Position numbers and translations under genes: made by a program
Source: a virus
Taxonomy: Duplodnaviria > Heunggongvirae > Uroviricota > Caudoviricetes
IMG/VR virus record: IMGVR_UViG_2534681701_000013
Coordinates: 1-49,536 of that record
Reading direction: 5' to 3' (one strand)
DNA: 49,536 bases
Part shown: positions 33,663 to 47,572 of the stretch, in pieces
How the letters are laid out: every line of letters starts with the position of its first letter
Numbering within the stretch: position 1 is the stretch's first letter
The notes under the pieces: model-generated
Seen by the model: the letters and a program-made list of their open reading frames with translations, nothing else
What the model was told of the DNA's origin: nothing
The model's database searches: none

Positions 33663-34085
33663 ATGTTCCTGAAAACCGAATCATTTGAACATAACGGTGT
33701 GACCGTCACGCTTTCTGAACTGTCAGCCCTGCAGCGTATTGAGCATCTTGCCTGGTTGAAAGAGCAGGAAAAAAAGGCTGAATCCAGTGGCAACCTGCAG
33801 GTGTCTGTAGAGGATCTTATCAGAGGCGGGGCGTTTCTGGTGGCGATGTCTCTGTGGCATAACCATCCGCAGAAGACAAAGCTGCCGTCCATGAATGAAG
33901 CCATTACGCAGATTGAGCAGGAAGTGCTTACCACCTGGCCCACGGAGGCAATTGCTCAGGCTGAAAACGTGGTGTTACGTCTGTCCGGAATGTCTGAGTT
34001 TGTGGTGAATAATTCCCCTGAACAGGCAGAGGATGCCGGGCCTGCAGAGCCTGTTTCTGCGGGAAAGTGTTCGACGGTGAGCTGA
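33663..34085 (+). CDS. G: Tail assembly chaperone G
   Basis: 140-aa translation matches lambda gpG. Confidence 0.95.
   Translation: MFLKTESFEHNGVTVTLSELSALQRIEHLAWLKEQEKKAESSGNLQVSVEDLIRGGAFLVAMSLWHNHPQKTKLPSMNEAITQIEQEVLTTWPTEAIAQAENVVLRLSGMSEFVVNNSPEQAEDAGPAEPVSAGKCSTVS
34061..34067 (+). other. Programmed -1 ribosomal frameshift slippery heptamer (G GGA AAG) producing the G-T fusion
   Basis: GGGAAAG located 6 codons before the G stop; T frame (-1) is open from here to 34501. Confidence 0.85.
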
Positions 34086-34501
34086 GTTTTGCCCTGAAAC
34101 TGGCGCGCGAGATGGGGCGACCCGACTGGTGCGCCATGCTTGCCGGGATGTCATCCACGGAGTATGCCGACTGGCACCGCTTTTACAGTACCCATTATTT
34201 TCATGATGTTCTGCTGGATATGCACTTTTCCGGGCTGACGTACACCGTGCTCAGCCTGTTTTTCAGCGATCCGGATATGCATCCGCTGGATTTCAGTCTG
34301 CTGAACCGGCGCGAGGCTGACGAAGAGCCTGAAGATGATGTGCTGATGCAGAAAGCGGCAGGGCTTGCCGGAGGTGTCCGCTTTGGCCCGGACGGGAATG
34401 AAGTTATCCCTACTTCCCCGGATGTGGCGGACATGACGGAGGATGACGTAATGCTGATGACAGTATCAGAAGGGATCGCAGGAGGAGTCCGGTATGGCTG
34501 A
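34067..34501 (+). CDS. T: T portion of tail assembly chaperone GT (made only by frameshifting from G)
   Basis: Open frame VFDGELSFALKLAREMGRPDWCAML... matches lambda gpT; no independent start expected. Confidence 0.9.
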   Translation: MFDGELSFALKLAREMGRPDWCAMLAGMSSTEYADWHRFYSTHYFHDVLLDMHFSGLTYTVLSLFFSDPDMHPLDFSLLNRREADEEPEDDVLMQKAAGLAGGVRFGPDGNEVIPTSPDVADMTEDDVMLMTVSEGIAGGVRYG

Positions 34502-37055
34502 ACCGGTAGGCGATCTGGTCGTTGATTTGAGTCTGGATGCGGCCAGATTTGACGAGCAGATGGCCAGAGTCAGGCGTCATTTTTCCGGTACGGAAAGTGA
34601 TGCGAAAAAAACAGCGGCAGTCGTTGAACAGTCGCTGAGCCGACAGGCGCTGGCTGCACAGAAAGCGGGGATTTCCGTCGGGCAGTATAAAGCCGCCATG
34701 CGTATGCTGCCTGCACAGTTCACCGACGTGGCCACGCAGCTTGCAGGCGGGCAAAGTCCGTGGCTGATCCTGCTGCAACAGGGGGGGCAGGTGAAGGACT
34801 CCTTCGGCGGGATGATCCCCATGTTCAGGGGGCTTGCCGGTGCGATCACCCTGCCGATGGTGGGGGCCACCTCGCTGGCGGTGGCGACCGGTGCGCTGGC
34901 GTATGCCTGGTATCAGGGCAACTCAACCCTGTCCGATTTCAACAAAACGCTGGTCCTTTCCGGCAATCAGGCGGGACTGACGGCAGATCGTATGCTGGTC
35001 CTGTCCAGAGCCGGGCAGGCGGCAGGGCTGACGTTTAACCAGACCAGCGAGTCACTCAGCGCACTGGTTAAGGCGGGGGTAAGCGGTGAGGCTCAGATTG
35101 CGTCCATCAGCCAGAGTGTGGCGCGTTTCTCCTCTGCATCCGGCGTGGAGGTGGACAAGGTCGCTGAAGCCTTCGGGAAGCTGACCACAGACCCGACGTC
35201 GGGGCTGACGGCGATGGCACGCCAGTTCCATAACGTGACGACGGAGCAGATTGCGTATGTTGCTCAGTTGCAGCGTTCCGGCGATGAAGCCGGGGCATTG
35301 CAGGCGGCGAACGAGGCCGCAACGAAAGGGTTTGATGACCAGACCCGCCGCCTGAAAGAGAACATGGGCACGCTGGAGACCTGGGCAGACAGGACTGCGC
35401 GGGCATTCAAATCCATGTGGGATGCGGTGCTGGATATTGGTCGTCCTGATACCGCGCAGGAGATGCTGATTAAGGCAGAGGCTGCGTTTAAGAAAGCAGA
35501 CGACATCTGGAATCTGCGCAAGGATGATTATTTTGTTAACGATGAAGCGCGGGCGCGTTACTGGGATGATCGTGAAAAGGCCCGTCTTGCGCTTGAAGCC
35601 GCCCGAAAGAAGGCTGAGCAGCAGACTCAACAGGACAAAAATGCGCAGCAGCAGAGCGATACCGAAGCGTCACGGCTGAAATATACCGAAGAGGCGCAGA
35701 AGGCTTACGAACGGCTGCAGACGCCGCTGGAGAAATATACCGCCCGTCAGGAAGAACTGAACAAGGCACTGAAAGACGGGAAAATCCTGCAGGCGGATTA
35801 CAACACGCTGATGGCGGCGGCGAAAAAGGATTATGAAGCGACGCTGAAAAAGCCGAAACAGTCCGGCGTGAAGGTGTCTGCGGGCGATCGTCAGGAAGAC
35901 AGTGCTCATGCTGCCCTGCTGACGCTTCAGGCAGAACTCCGGACGCTGGAGAAGCATGCCGGAGCAAATGAGAAAATCAGCCAGCAGCGCCGGGATTTGT
36001 GGAAGGCGGAGAGTCAGTTCGCGGTACTGGAGGAGGCGGCGCAACGTCGCCAGCTGTCTGCACAGGAGAAATCCCTGCTGGCGCATAAAGATGAGACGCT
36101 GGAGTACAAACGCCAGCTGGCTGCACTTGGCGACAAGGTTACGTATCAGGAGCGCCTGAACGCGCTGGCGCAGCAGGCGGATAAATTCGCACAGCAGCAA
36201 CGGGCAAAACGGGCCGCCATTGATGCGAAAAGCCGGGGGCTGACTGACCGGCAGGCAGAACGGGAAGCCACGGAACAGCGCCTGAAGGAACAGTATGGCG
36301 ATAATCCGCTGGCGCTGAATAACGTCATGTCAGAGCAGAAAAAGACCTGGGCGGCTGAAGACCAGCTTCGCGGGAACTGGATGGCAGGCCTGAAGTCCGG
36401 CTGGAGTGAGTGGGAAGAGAGCGCCACGGACAGTATGTCGCAGGTAAAAAGTGCAGCCACGCAGACCTTTGATGGTATTGCACAGAATATGGCGGCGATG
36501 CTGACCGGCAGTGAGCAGAACTGGCGCAGCTTCACCCGTTCCGTGCTGTCCATGATGACAGAAATTCTGCTTAAGCAGGCAATGGTGGGGATTGTCGGGA
36601 GTATCGGCAGCGCTATTGGCGGGGCTGTTGGTGGCGGCGCATCCGCGTCAGGCGGTACAGCCATTCAGGCCGCTGCGGCGAAACTCCATTTTGCAACCGG
36701 AGGATTTACGGGAACCGGCGGCAAATATGAGCCAGCGGGGATTGTTCACCGTGGTGAATTTGTCTTCACGAAGGAGGCAACCAGCCGGATTGGCGTGGGA
36801 AATCTCTACCGGCTGATGCGCGGCTATGCCACCGGCGGTTATGTCGGTGGCACCGGAAGTCCGGCGCAAATGCGGCGTTCAGAGGGTATCAGGTTTGAGC
36901 AGAACAACAACGTGGTGATTCAGAACGACGGTACGAATGGTCTGCCAGGTCCACAGATGATGAAGGCGGTGTATGACATGGCCCGCAAGGGTGCCCGTGA
37001 TGAAATCCAGGCACAGATGCGCGATGGTGGCCTGTTCTCCGGAGGTGGACGATGA
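34494..37055 (+). CDS. H: Tail tape-measure protein H
   Basis: 853-aa translation matches lambda gpH. Confidence 0.95.
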   Translation: MAEPVGDLVVDLSLDAARFDEQMARVRRHFSGTESDAKKTAAVVEQSLSRQALAAQKAGISVGQYKAAMRMLPAQFTDVATQLAGGQSPWLILLQQGGQVKDSFGGMIPMFRGLAGAITLPMVGATSLAVATGALAYAWYQGNSTLSDFNKTLVLSGNQAGLTADRMLVLSRAGQAAGLTFNQTSESLSALVKAGVSGEAQIASISQSVARFSSASGVEVDKVAEAFGKLTTDPTSGLTAMARQFHNVTTEQIAYVAQLQRSGDEAGALQAANEAATKGFDDQTRRLKENMGTLETWADRTARAFKSMWDAVLDIGRPDTAQEMLIKAEAAFKKADDIWNLRKDDYFVNDEARARYWDDREKARLALEAARKKAEQQTQQDKNAQQQSDTEASRLKYTEEAQKAYERLQTPLEKYTARQEELNKALKDGKILQADYNTLMAAAKKDYEATLKKPKQSGVKVSAGDRQEDSAHAALLTLQAELRTLEKHAGANEKISQQRRDLWKAESQFAVLEEAAQRRQLSAQEKSLLAHKDETLEYKRQLAALGDKVTYQERLNALAQQADKFAQQQRAKRAAIDAKSRGLTDRQAEREATEQRLKEQYGDNPLALNNVMSEQKKTWAAEDQLRGNWMAGLKSGWSEWEESATDSMSQVKSAATQTFDGIAQNMAAMLTGSEQNWRSFTRSVLSMMTEILLKQAMVGIVGSIGSAIGGAVGGGASASGGTAIQAAAAKLHFATGGFTGTGGKYEPAGIVHRGEFVFTKEATSRIGVGNLYRLMRGYATGGYVGGTGSPAQMRRSEGIRFEQNNNVVIQNDGTNGLPGPQMMKAVYDMARKGARDEIQAQMRDGGLFSGGGR

Positions 37056-37381
37056 AAACCTTCCGCTGGAAAGTGAAACCCGGTATGGATGTGGCTTCGG
37101 CCCCTTCTGTAAGAAAGGTGCGCTTTGGTGATGGCTATTCCCAGCGAGCGCCTGCCGGGCTGAATGCCAACCTGAAAACGTACAGCGTGACGCTTTCTGT
37201 CCCCCGTGAGGAGGCCACGGTACTGGAGTCGTTTCTGGAAGAGCACGGGGGCTGGAAATCCTTTCTGTGGACGCCGCCTTATGAGTGGCGGCAGATAAAG
37301 GTGACCTGCGCAAAATGGTCGTCGCGGGTCAGTATGCTGCGTGTTGAGTTCAGCGCAGAGTTTGAACAGGTGGTGAACTGA
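37052..37381 (+). CDS. M: Tail tip protein M
   Basis: 109-aa translation matches lambda gpM. Confidence 0.95.
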   Translation: MKTFRWKVKPGMDVASAPSVRKVRFGDGYSQRAPAGLNANLKTYSVTLSVPREEATVLESFLEEHGGWKSFLWTPPYEWRQIKVTCAKWSSRVSMLRVEFSAEFEQVVN

Positions 37382-38079
37382 TGCAGGATATCCGGCAGGA
37401 AACACTGAATGAATGCACCCGTGCGGAGCAGTCGGCCAGCGTGGTGCTCTGGGAAATCGACCTGACAGAGGTCGGTGGAGAACGTTATTTTTTCTGTAAT
37501 GAGCAGAACGAAAAAGGTGAGCCGGTCACCTGGCAGGGGCGACAGTATCAGCCGTATCCCATTCAGGGGAGTGGTTTTGAACTGAATGGCAAAGGCACCA
37601 GTACGCGCCCCACGCTGACGGTTTCTAACCTGTACGGTATGGTCACCGGGATGGCGGAAGATCTGCAGAGTCTGGTCGGCGGAACGGTGGTCCGGCGTAA
37701 GGTTTACGCCCGTTTTCTGGATGCGGTGAACTTCGTCAACGGAAACAGTGACGCCGATCCGGAGCAGGAGGTGATCAGCCGCTGGCGCATCGAGCAGTGC
37801 AGCGAACTGAGCGCGGTGAGTGCCTCCTTTGTACTGTCCACGCCGACGGAAACGGATGGCGCTGTTTTTCCGGGACGTATCATGCTGGCCAACACCTGCA
37901 CCTGGACCTATCGCGGTGATGAGTGCGGTTATCACGGTCCGGCAGTCGCGGATGAATATGACCAGCCGACGTCCGATATCACGAAGGATAAATGCAGCAA
38001 ATGCCTGAGCGGCTGTAAGTTTCGCAATAACGTCGGCAATTTTGGCGGCTTCCTTTCCATTAACAAACTTTCGCAGTAA
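37381..38079 (+). CDS. L: Tail tip protein L
   Basis: 232-aa translation matches lambda gpL. Confidence 0.95.
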   Translation: MQDIRQETLNECTRAEQSASVVLWEIDLTEVGGERYFFCNEQNEKGEPVTWQGRQYQPYPIQGSGFELNGKGTSTRPTLTVSNLYGMVTGMAEDLQSLVGGTVVRRKVYARFLDAVNFVNGNSDADPEQEVISRWRIEQCSELSAVSASFVLSTPTETDGAVFPGRIMLANTCTWTYRGDECGYHGPAVADEYDQPTSDITKDKCSKCLSGCKFRNNVGNFGGFLSINKLSQ

Positions 38080-38084
38080 ATCCC

Positions 38085-38828
38085 ATGACACAGACAGAAT
38101 CAGCGATTCTGGCGCACGCCCGGCGATGTGCGCCAGCGGAGTCGTGCGGCTTCGTGGTAAGCACGCCGGAGGGGGAAAGATATTTCCCCTGCGTGAATAT
38201 CTCCGGTGAGCCGGAGGCGTATTTCCGTATGTCGCCGGAAGACTGGCTGCAGGCAGAAATGCAGGGTGAGATTGTGGCGCTGGTCCACAGCCACCCCGGT
38301 GGTCTGCCCTGGCTGAGTGAGGCCGACCGGCGGCTGCAGGTGCAGAGTGATTTGCCGTGGTGGCTGGTCTGCCGGGGGGCGATTCACAAGTTCCGCTGTG
38401 TGCCGCATCTTACCGGGCGGTGCTTTGAGCACGGGGTGACGGACTGTTACACGCTGTTCCGGGATGCTTATCATCTGGCGGGGATTGAGATGCCGGACTT
38501 TCATCGTGAGGATGACTGGTGGCGTCACGGCCAGAATCTCTATCTGGATAATCTGGAGGCGACGGGGCTGTATCAGGTGCCGTTGTCAGCGGCACAGCCG
38601 GGCGATGTGCTGCTGTGCTGTTTTGGTTCATCGGTGCCGAATCACGCCGCAATTTACTGCGGCGACGGCGAGCTGCTGCACCATATTCCTGAACAACTGA
38701 GCAAACGAGAGAGGTACACCGACAAATGGCAGCGACGCACACACTCCCTCTGGCGTCACCGGGCATGGCGCGCATCTGCCTTTACGGGGATTTACAACGA
38801 TTTGGTCGCCGCATCGACCTTCGTGTGA
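38085..38828 (+). CDS. K: Tail tip assembly protein K (JAB/MPN + NlpC/P60-like)
   Basis: 247-aa translation matches lambda gpK; HSHPGG metalloprotease-like motif. Confidence 0.95.
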   Translation: MTQTESAILAHARRCAPAESCGFVVSTPEGERYFPCVNISGEPEAYFRMSPEDWLQAEMQGEIVALVHSHPGGLPWLSEADRRLQVQSDLPWWLVCRGAIHKFRCVPHLTGRCFEHGVTDCYTLFRDAYHLAGIEMPDFHREDDWWRHGQNLYLDNLEATGLYQVPLSAAQPGDVLLCCFGSSVPNHAAIYCGDGELLHHIPEQLSKRERYTDKWQRRTHSLWRHRAWRASAFTGIYNDLVAASTFV

Positions 38829-39397
38829 AAACGGGGGCTGAAGCCATCCGGGCACTGGCCACACAGCTCCCGGCGTTTCGTCAGAAACTGAGCGACGGCT
38901 GGTATCAGGTACGGATTGCCGGGCGGGACGTCAGCACGTCCGGGTTAACGGCGCAGTTACATGAGACTCTGCCTGATGGCGCTGTGATTCATATTGTTCC
39001 CAGAGTCGCCGGGGCCAAGTCAGGGGGCGTATTCCAGATTGTCCTGGGGGCTGCCGCCATTGCCGGATCATTCTTTACCGCCGGAGCCACCCTTGCAGCA
39101 TGGGGGGCAGCCATTGGGGCCGGTGGTATGACCGGCATCCTGTTTTCTCTCGGTGCCAGTATGGTGCTCGGTGGTGTGGCGCAGATGCTGGCACCGAAAG
39201 CCAGAACTCCCCGTACACAGACAACGGATAACGGCAAACAGAACACCTATTTCTCCTCCCTGGATAACATGGTTGCCCAGAGCAATGTTCTGCCCGTTCT
39301 GTACGGTGAAATGCGCGTGGGGTCACGGGTGGTTTCTCAGGAGATCAGCACGGCAGACGAAGGGGACGGTGGTCAGGTTGTGGTGATTGGTCGCTGA
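38726..39397 (+). CDS. I: Tail assembly protein I
   Basis: 223-aa translation matches lambda gpI; overlaps K 3' end. Confidence 0.95.
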   Translation: MAATHTLPLASPGMARICLYGDLQRFGRRIDLRVKTGAEAIRALATQLPAFRQKLSDGWYQVRIAGRDVSTSGLTAQLHETLPDGAVIHIVPRVAGAKSGGVFQIVLGAAAIAGSFFTAGATLAAWGAAIGAGGMTGILFSLGASMVLGGVAQMLAPKARTPRTQTTDNGKQNTYFSSLDNMVAQSNVLPVLYGEMRVGSRVVSQEISTADEGDGGQVVVIGR

Positions 39398-39454
39398 TGC
39401 AAAATGTTTTATGTGAAACCGCCTGCGGGCGGTTTTGTCGTTTATGGAGCGTGA

Positions 39455-42856
<3,402 letters not shown>

Positions 42857-42874
42857 ATTTTATAACCCAGAACG

Positions 42875-42898
42875 GGCGTCAGAAATGACGCCTTTTTT
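42875..42898 (+). terminator. Rho-independent terminator after J
   Basis: Stem GGCGTC / GACGCC with AGAAAT loop followed by TTTTTT. Confidence 0.7.
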
Positions 42899-42922
42899 AT
42901 TGCAGAAAAGCGAGAGGTAATT

Positions 42923-43522
42923 ATGCGTAAACTTTATGCCGCCATTTTGTCCGCAGCCATTTGTCTGGCCGTATCCGGTGCGCCTGCATGGGCGTCTGAA
43001 CATCAGTCCACGCTGAGCGCTGGGTATCTTCATGCCCGGACGAACGTTCCCGGCAGTGATGATCTGAACGGGATTAACGTGAAATACCGTTATGAGTTTA
43101 CGGACACACTGGGGCTGGTTACGTCATTCAGCTATGCAGGAGACAAGAATCGCCAGCTGACCCATTACAGCGATACCCGCTGGCATGAAGATTCAGTGCG
43201 TAACCGCTGGTTCAGCGTGATGGCGGGGCCGTCTGTACGCGTGAATGAATGGTTCAGCGCGTATGCGATGGCAGGCGTGGCTTACAGCCGTGTGTCGACT
43301 TTCTCCGGGGATTATCTCCGCGTAACTGACAACAAGGGGAAAACGCACGATGTGCTGACCGGAAGTGATGACGGTTGCCACAGCAACACGTCTCTGGCGT
43401 GGGGGGCTGGCGTGCAGTTTAACCCGACCGAATCCGTGGCCATTGATATTGCTTATGAAGGCTCCGGCAGTGGCGACTGGCGCACTGACGGTTTCATCGT
43501 GGGTGTCGGTTATAAGTTCTGA
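42923..43522 (+). CDS. lom: Outer-membrane protein Lom (Ail/Lom family)
   Basis: 199 aa with signal peptide MRKLYAAILSAAICLAVSGAPAWA; matches lambda Lom. Confidence 0.9.
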   Translation: MRKLYAAILSAAICLAVSGAPAWASEHQSTLSAGYLHARTNVPGSDDLNGINVKYRYEFTDTLGLVTSFSYAGDKNRQLTHYSDTRWHEDSVRNRWFSVMAGPSVRVNEWFSAYAMAGVAYSRVSTFSGDYLRVTDNKGKTHDVLTGSDDGCHSNTSLAWGAGVQFNPTESVAIDIAYEGSGSGDWRTDGFIVGVGYKF

Positions 43523-43548
43523 TTAGCCAGGTAACACAGTGTTATGAC

Positions 43549-43575
43549 AGCCCGCCGGTTCAGGCGGGCTTTTTT
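43549..43575 (+). terminator. Rho-independent terminator after lom
   Basis: Stem AGCCCGCC / GGCGGGCT with GGTTCA loop followed by TTTTTT. Confidence 0.75.
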
Positions 43576-43580
43576 GTGGG

Positions 43581-46500
43581 GTGAATATGGCAGTAAAGAT
43601 TTCAGGTGTACTGAAAGACGGCACAGGAAAACCGGTACAGAACTGCACAATCCAGCTGAAAGCAAAACGTAACAGCACCACGGTGGTGGTGAACACGCTG
43701 GCCTCAGAAAATTCGGATGAAGCCGGGCGTTACAGCATGGACGTTGAGTACGGTCAGTACAGCGTTATTCTGTTGGTGGAAGGATTCCCGCCGTCACATG
43801 CCGGGACCATCACCGTGTATGAAGATTCCCGACCCGGTACGCTGAATGATTTTCTCGGTGCCATGACGGAGGATGATGCCCGTCCGGAGGCTCTGCGCCG
43901 TTTTGAACTGATGGTGGAAGAGGTGGCGCGTAACGCGTCCGCGGTGGCACAGAACACGGCAGCCGCGAAGAAGTCAGCCAGTGATGCCGGCACATCTGCC
44001 CGTGAGGCGGCAACCCATGCGACTGATGCTGCAGGCTCAGCGCGTGCAGCCAGCACGTCAGCCGGACAGGCCGCGACTTCGGCTCAGGAGGCGTCTTCCA
44101 GCGCAGGAACGGCATCAACAAAGGCCACTGAAGCATCAAAAAGTGCTGCCGCTGCAGAGTCCTCAAAAAGCGCGGCGGCCACCAGTGCCGGTGCGGCGAA
44201 AACGTCAGAAACGAATGCTGCAGCGTCACAAAAATCAGCAGCCACTTCTGCATCCACTGCGACGACGAAAGCGTCAGAAGCCGCCACTTCAGCCAGAGAT
44301 GCGGCGGCCTCCAAAGAGGCGGCAAAATCATCAGAAACGAACGCCTCCACAAGCGCCAGCAGTGCAGCCTCCTCGGCAACGGCGGCAGGAAATTCCGTGA
44401 AGGCGGCAAAAACGTCCGAGACGAATGCCAGGTCTTCTGAAACGGCAGCGGAACAGAGCGCCTCAGCTGCGGCAGACTCTGAGACAGCAGCTGCATCATC
44501 GGCCCGTGAGGCGTCCATTAAGGCAGAGGAGGCAGCAGTCAGTGCCACCGCCGCCGGAAAATCGGCAGAAAGCGCCGCATCATCCGCTTCAACAGCCACA
44601 ACGAAGGCTGGCGAAGCCACTGAACAGGCCACTGCAGCAGCGAGGGCTGCTTCCGCAGCGAAGACATCCGAAACGAACGCGAAAGCGTCGGAAACCAGCG
44701 CAGAATCCTCAAAAACGGCTGCCGCATCGTCCGCCAGTTCGGCGGCGTCATCGGCATCATCTGCGTCTGCTTCAAAAGATGAGGCGACCAGACAGGCGTC
44801 AGCAGCGAAGGGCAGCGCCACGACGGCATCCACGAAGGCGACAGAGGCAGCTGGTAGTGCGACAGCGGCAGCACAGAGCAAAAGTACGGCAGAATCCGCA
44901 GCAACGCGCGCTGAGACAGCGGCAAAACGTGCAGAGGATATTGCATCCGCCGTGGCGCTTGAGGATGCGAGCACGACGAAAAAGGGGGTAGTACAGCTCA
45001 GCAGTGCGACCAACAGCACGTCTGAAACGCTGGCGGCAACGCCAAAGGCAGTAAAAGCAGCCTATGACAATGCAGAGAAACGTCTGCAGAAAGACCAGAA
45101 CGGTGCTGATATTCCCGACAAGGACCGCTTCCTGAGTAACATTAATGTTTACAGCAAAGGTGAAGTGGATCAGAAAAAGGGGATGCGATACGTTGTGGTA
45201 AATGCCCCGGCGGGTGTCCAGGAAGGTAAATATTATCCGTTAGTGATAAAAAGGAATGACAGCCATCGGGCATCCCGCGTTGTCATTTCAACGCCAAGTC
45301 GCTCAGCTAATCACAGAATGAATAATTGTGAGTTTAATGGTTTTGTTTGCGCAGGCGGCTGGACGGACCGGGGTAGCTATGCCTGTGGTATGTTCTGGGC
45401 TTATTCATCATCGGAACGCGCTATTCATTCCATTCTGATGAGTAATAAAGGCGATACCGTAGACAGCGTATTCTATATAGAAGGTGGGGCATTTCCCGTA
45501 GAGGTCTTTTTAGAAGAAGGTCTCTCCGTTACTGCACCTGCTTCTGATTATATTGTTGCTGAAACGACTTATAAATTTGGCGCAACTGATCCTTATTCTG
45601 AATCAGTTGCGGTAAATTTAATTTTAGATTTTAAACAAGGTAATGGATTTTATAGTTCGTATCCTGTTTTGAGTAAGTCAGACATTAGCGGGAATAAGAT
45701 TTACGCTAATGATGAAGTTATTGTCCGTAGTCAGAACGCGTTAAGGATGATTGCAGGTGATTACGGTGTCATATGGCGAAATGATGGAGCAAATACTTAC
45801 TTGCTCATGACTGATAAAGGCGACCAGTACGGTGGCTGGAACGGTCTTCGACCATTTGCAGTAAATAACGCAACAGGTGAAGTGACGATCAATACACCAC
45901 TTAATTCTCCTAAGGGGATTAAGGGAAATTCTGATACAGCTACGAAACTTCAGACAGCAATAAAAATATCTGGTGTTTCGTTTGATGGTTCTACTGATAT
46001 CACTTTAACCGCTGCGCATGTTGCTGCTTTTGCCAGAAGAGCAACGGATACGTATGCCGATGCGGATGGGGGCGTTCCCTGGAATGCCGAATCAGGCGCT
46101 TACAATGTCACTCGCTCTGGCGACAGCTATATTCTGGTTAACTTCTATACCGGAGTCGGAAGTTGCCGGACCTTGCAGATGAAGGCGCATTACAGAAATG
46201 GTGGTCTGTTCTACCGTTCTTCAAGAGACGGTTATGGTTTTGAGGATGACTGGGCAGAAGTTTATACCTCGAAAAATCTTCCACCAGAAAGCTACCCAGT
46301 CGGCGCACCAATCCCGTGGCCATCAGATACCGTTCCGTCTGGTTATGCCCTGATGCAGGGGCAGACTTTTGACAAATCTGCTTACCCGAAACTTGCAGCT
46401 GCTTATCCGTCAGGCGTGATCCCTGATATGCGTGGCTGGATGATTAAGGGCAAGCCCGCCAGTGATCGAGCCGTATTGTCTCAGGAACAGGACGGCATTA

Positions 46501-46934
46501 AATCACACACCCACAGCGCCAGCGTATCCAGTACGGATTTGGGGACGAAAACCACATCGTCGTTTGATTACGGCACTAAATCCACGAATAACACTGGTGC
46601 GCATACCCATAGTGTTAGCGGTACGGCTGCTTCAGCCGGTGCACATACCCATTCGATGACATTTGTTTCAGGTGGTTCCAGTGGTGCTCCGGGAAGTGGA
46701 TCACCTGATTATTCTAAATACAGTGTTAACACTTCTTCTGCAGGCGCTCATACGCACTCTGTATCGGGTACTGCTGCAAGCGCAGGTGCACACGCGCATA
46801 CTGTCGGTATTGGTGCTCATACGCACTCCGTTGCGATTGGTTCACATGGACACACCATCACCGTTAACGCTGCTGGTAACGCGGAAAACACCGTCAAAAA
46901 CATCGCATTTAACTATATTGTGAGGCTTGCATAA
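43581..46934 (+). CDS. stf: Side tail fibre Stf (1117 aa), mosaic
   Basis: N-terminus [28 protein letters not shown] and C-terminal His-rich GAHTHS repeats ending ...[22 protein letters not shown] match lambda Stf; long Ala/Ser/Thr-rich region and a non-lambda central block. Confidence 0.9.
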   Translation: MNMAVKISGVLKDGTGKPVQNCTIQLKAKRNSTTVVVNTLASENSDEAGRYSMDVEYGQYSVILLVEGFPPSHAGTITVYEDSRPGTLNDFLGAMTEDDARPEALRRFELMVEEVARNASAVAQNTAAAKKSASDAGTSAREAATHATDAAGSARAASTSAGQAATSAQEASSSAGTASTKATEASKSAAAAESSKSAAATSAGAAKTSETNAAASQKSAATSASTATTKASEAATSARDAAASKEAAKSSETNASTSASSAASSATAAGNSVKAAKTSETNARSSETAAEQSASAAADSETAAASSAREASIKAEEAAVSATAAGKSAESAASSASTATTKAGEATEQATAAARAASAAKTSETNAKASETSAESSKTAAASSASSAASSASSASASKDEATRQASAAKGSATTASTKATEAAGSATAAAQSKSTAESAATRAETAAKRAEDIASAVALEDASTTKKGVVQLSSATNSTSETLAATPKAVKAAYDNAEKRLQKDQNGADIPDKDRFLSNINVYSKGEVDQKKGMRYVVVNAPAGVQEGKYYPLVIKRNDSHRASRVVISTPSRSANHRMNNCEFNGFVCAGGWTDRGSYACGMFWAYSSSERAIHSILMSNKGDTVDSVFYIEGGAFPVEVFLEEGLSVTAPASDYIVAETTYKFGATDPYSESVAVNLILDFKQGNGFYSSYPVLSKSDISGNKIYANDEVIVRSQNALRMIAGDYGVIWRNDGANTYLLMTDKGDQYGGWNGLRPFAVNNATGEVTINTPLNSPKGIKGNSDTATKLQTAIKISGVSFDGSTDITLTAAHVAAFARRATDTYADADGGVPWNAESGAYNVTRSGDSYILVNFYTGVGSCRTLQMKAHYRNGGLFYRSSRDGYGFEDDWAEVYTSKNLPPESYPVGAPIPWPSDTVPSGYALMQGQTFDKSAYPKLAAAYPSGVIPDMRGWMIKGKPASDRAVLSQEQDGIKSHTHSASVSSTDLGTKTTSSFDYGTKSTNNTGAHTHSVSGTAASAGAHTHSMTFVSGGSSGAPGSGSPDYSKYSVNTSSAGAHTHSVSGTAASAGAHAHTVGIGAHTHSVAIGSHGHTITVNAAGNAENTVKNIAFNYIVRLA
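43950..45000 (+). repeat. Low-complexity Ala/Ser/Thr-rich coding repeats within stf
   Basis: Reiterated SAAxxAAxxSETNA-like units; responsible for long artefactual ORFs in other frames on both strands. Confidence 0.8.
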
Positions 46935-47518
46935 TGGCATTCAGAATGAGTGAACAACCACGGGCCATAAAAATTTATAATCTGCTGGCCGGAACTAATG
47001 AATTTATTGGTGAAGGTGATGCATATATTCCGCCTCATACAGGTCTGCCAGCAAACAGTACCGATATTGCACCGCCAGATATTCCGGCTGGCTTCGTGGC
47101 TGTTTTCAACAGTGATGAGTCATCGTGGCATCTCGTTGAAGATCATCGGGGTAAAACGGTTTATGACGTGGCTTCCGGCGACGCGTTATTTATTTCTGAA
47201 CTCGGTCCGTTACCGGAAAATGTTACCTGGTTATCGCCGGAAGGGGAGTTTCAGAAGTGGAACGGCACAGCCTGGGTGAAGGATACGGAAGCAGAAAAAC
47301 TGTTCCGGATCCGGGAGGCGGAAGAAACAAAAAACAACCTGATGCAGGTAGCCAGTGAGCATATTGCGCCGCTTCAGGATGCTGCAGATCTGGAAATTGC
47401 AACGGAGGAAGAAATCTCGTTGCTGGAAGCATGGAAAAAGTATCGGGTATTGCTGAACCGTGTTGATACATCAACTGCACCTGATATTGAGTGGCCTACG
47501 AACCCTGTCAGGGAGTAA
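46934..47518 (+). CDS. tfa: Tail fibre assembly chaperone Tfa
   Basis: 194-aa translation [24 protein letters not shown]... matches lambda Tfa. Confidence 0.95.
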   Translation: MAFRMSEQPRAIKIYNLLAGTNEFIGEGDAYIPPHTGLPANSTDIAPPDIPAGFVAVFNSDESSWHLVEDHRGKTVYDVASGDALFISELGPLPENVTWLSPEGEFQKWNGTAWVKDTEAEKLFRIREAEETKNNLMQVASEHIAPLQDAADLEIATEEEISLLEAWKKYRVLLNRVDTSTAPDIEWPTNPVRE

Positions 47519-47567
47519 TCATTGGGATTATGCCGCAGCACGTCTTAAGCAAGAACGTGCTGCGGTT
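47362..47567 (+). repeat. Direct repeat copy 1 (tfa 3' end plus downstream hairpin)
   Basis: About 206 bp nearly identical to 48411-48617. Confidence 0.85.
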
Positions 47568-47572
47568 GGATG

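Noticed and set aside
35052-36664. Several 140-190-aa minus-strand ORFs inside H
   Set aside because: All antisense to the tape-measure gene; products are Arg/Pro/Cys-rich low-complexity.
37279-38091. 270-aa minus-strand ORF over the M/L/K region
   Set aside because: Antisense to well-supported tail genes; no independent support.
43950-45000. Possible tandem-repeat array or CRISPR-like structure
   Set aside because: Repeats are imperfect, in-frame codon repeats of a fibrous protein domain.
43754-45019. Long ORFs in alternative frames on both strands across the stf Ala/Ser-rich tract (e.g. 44084..45019 minus, 44425..44991 plus)
   Set aside because: Artefacts of GCN-rich repetitive coding sequence; the lambda-like Stf frame explains the region.
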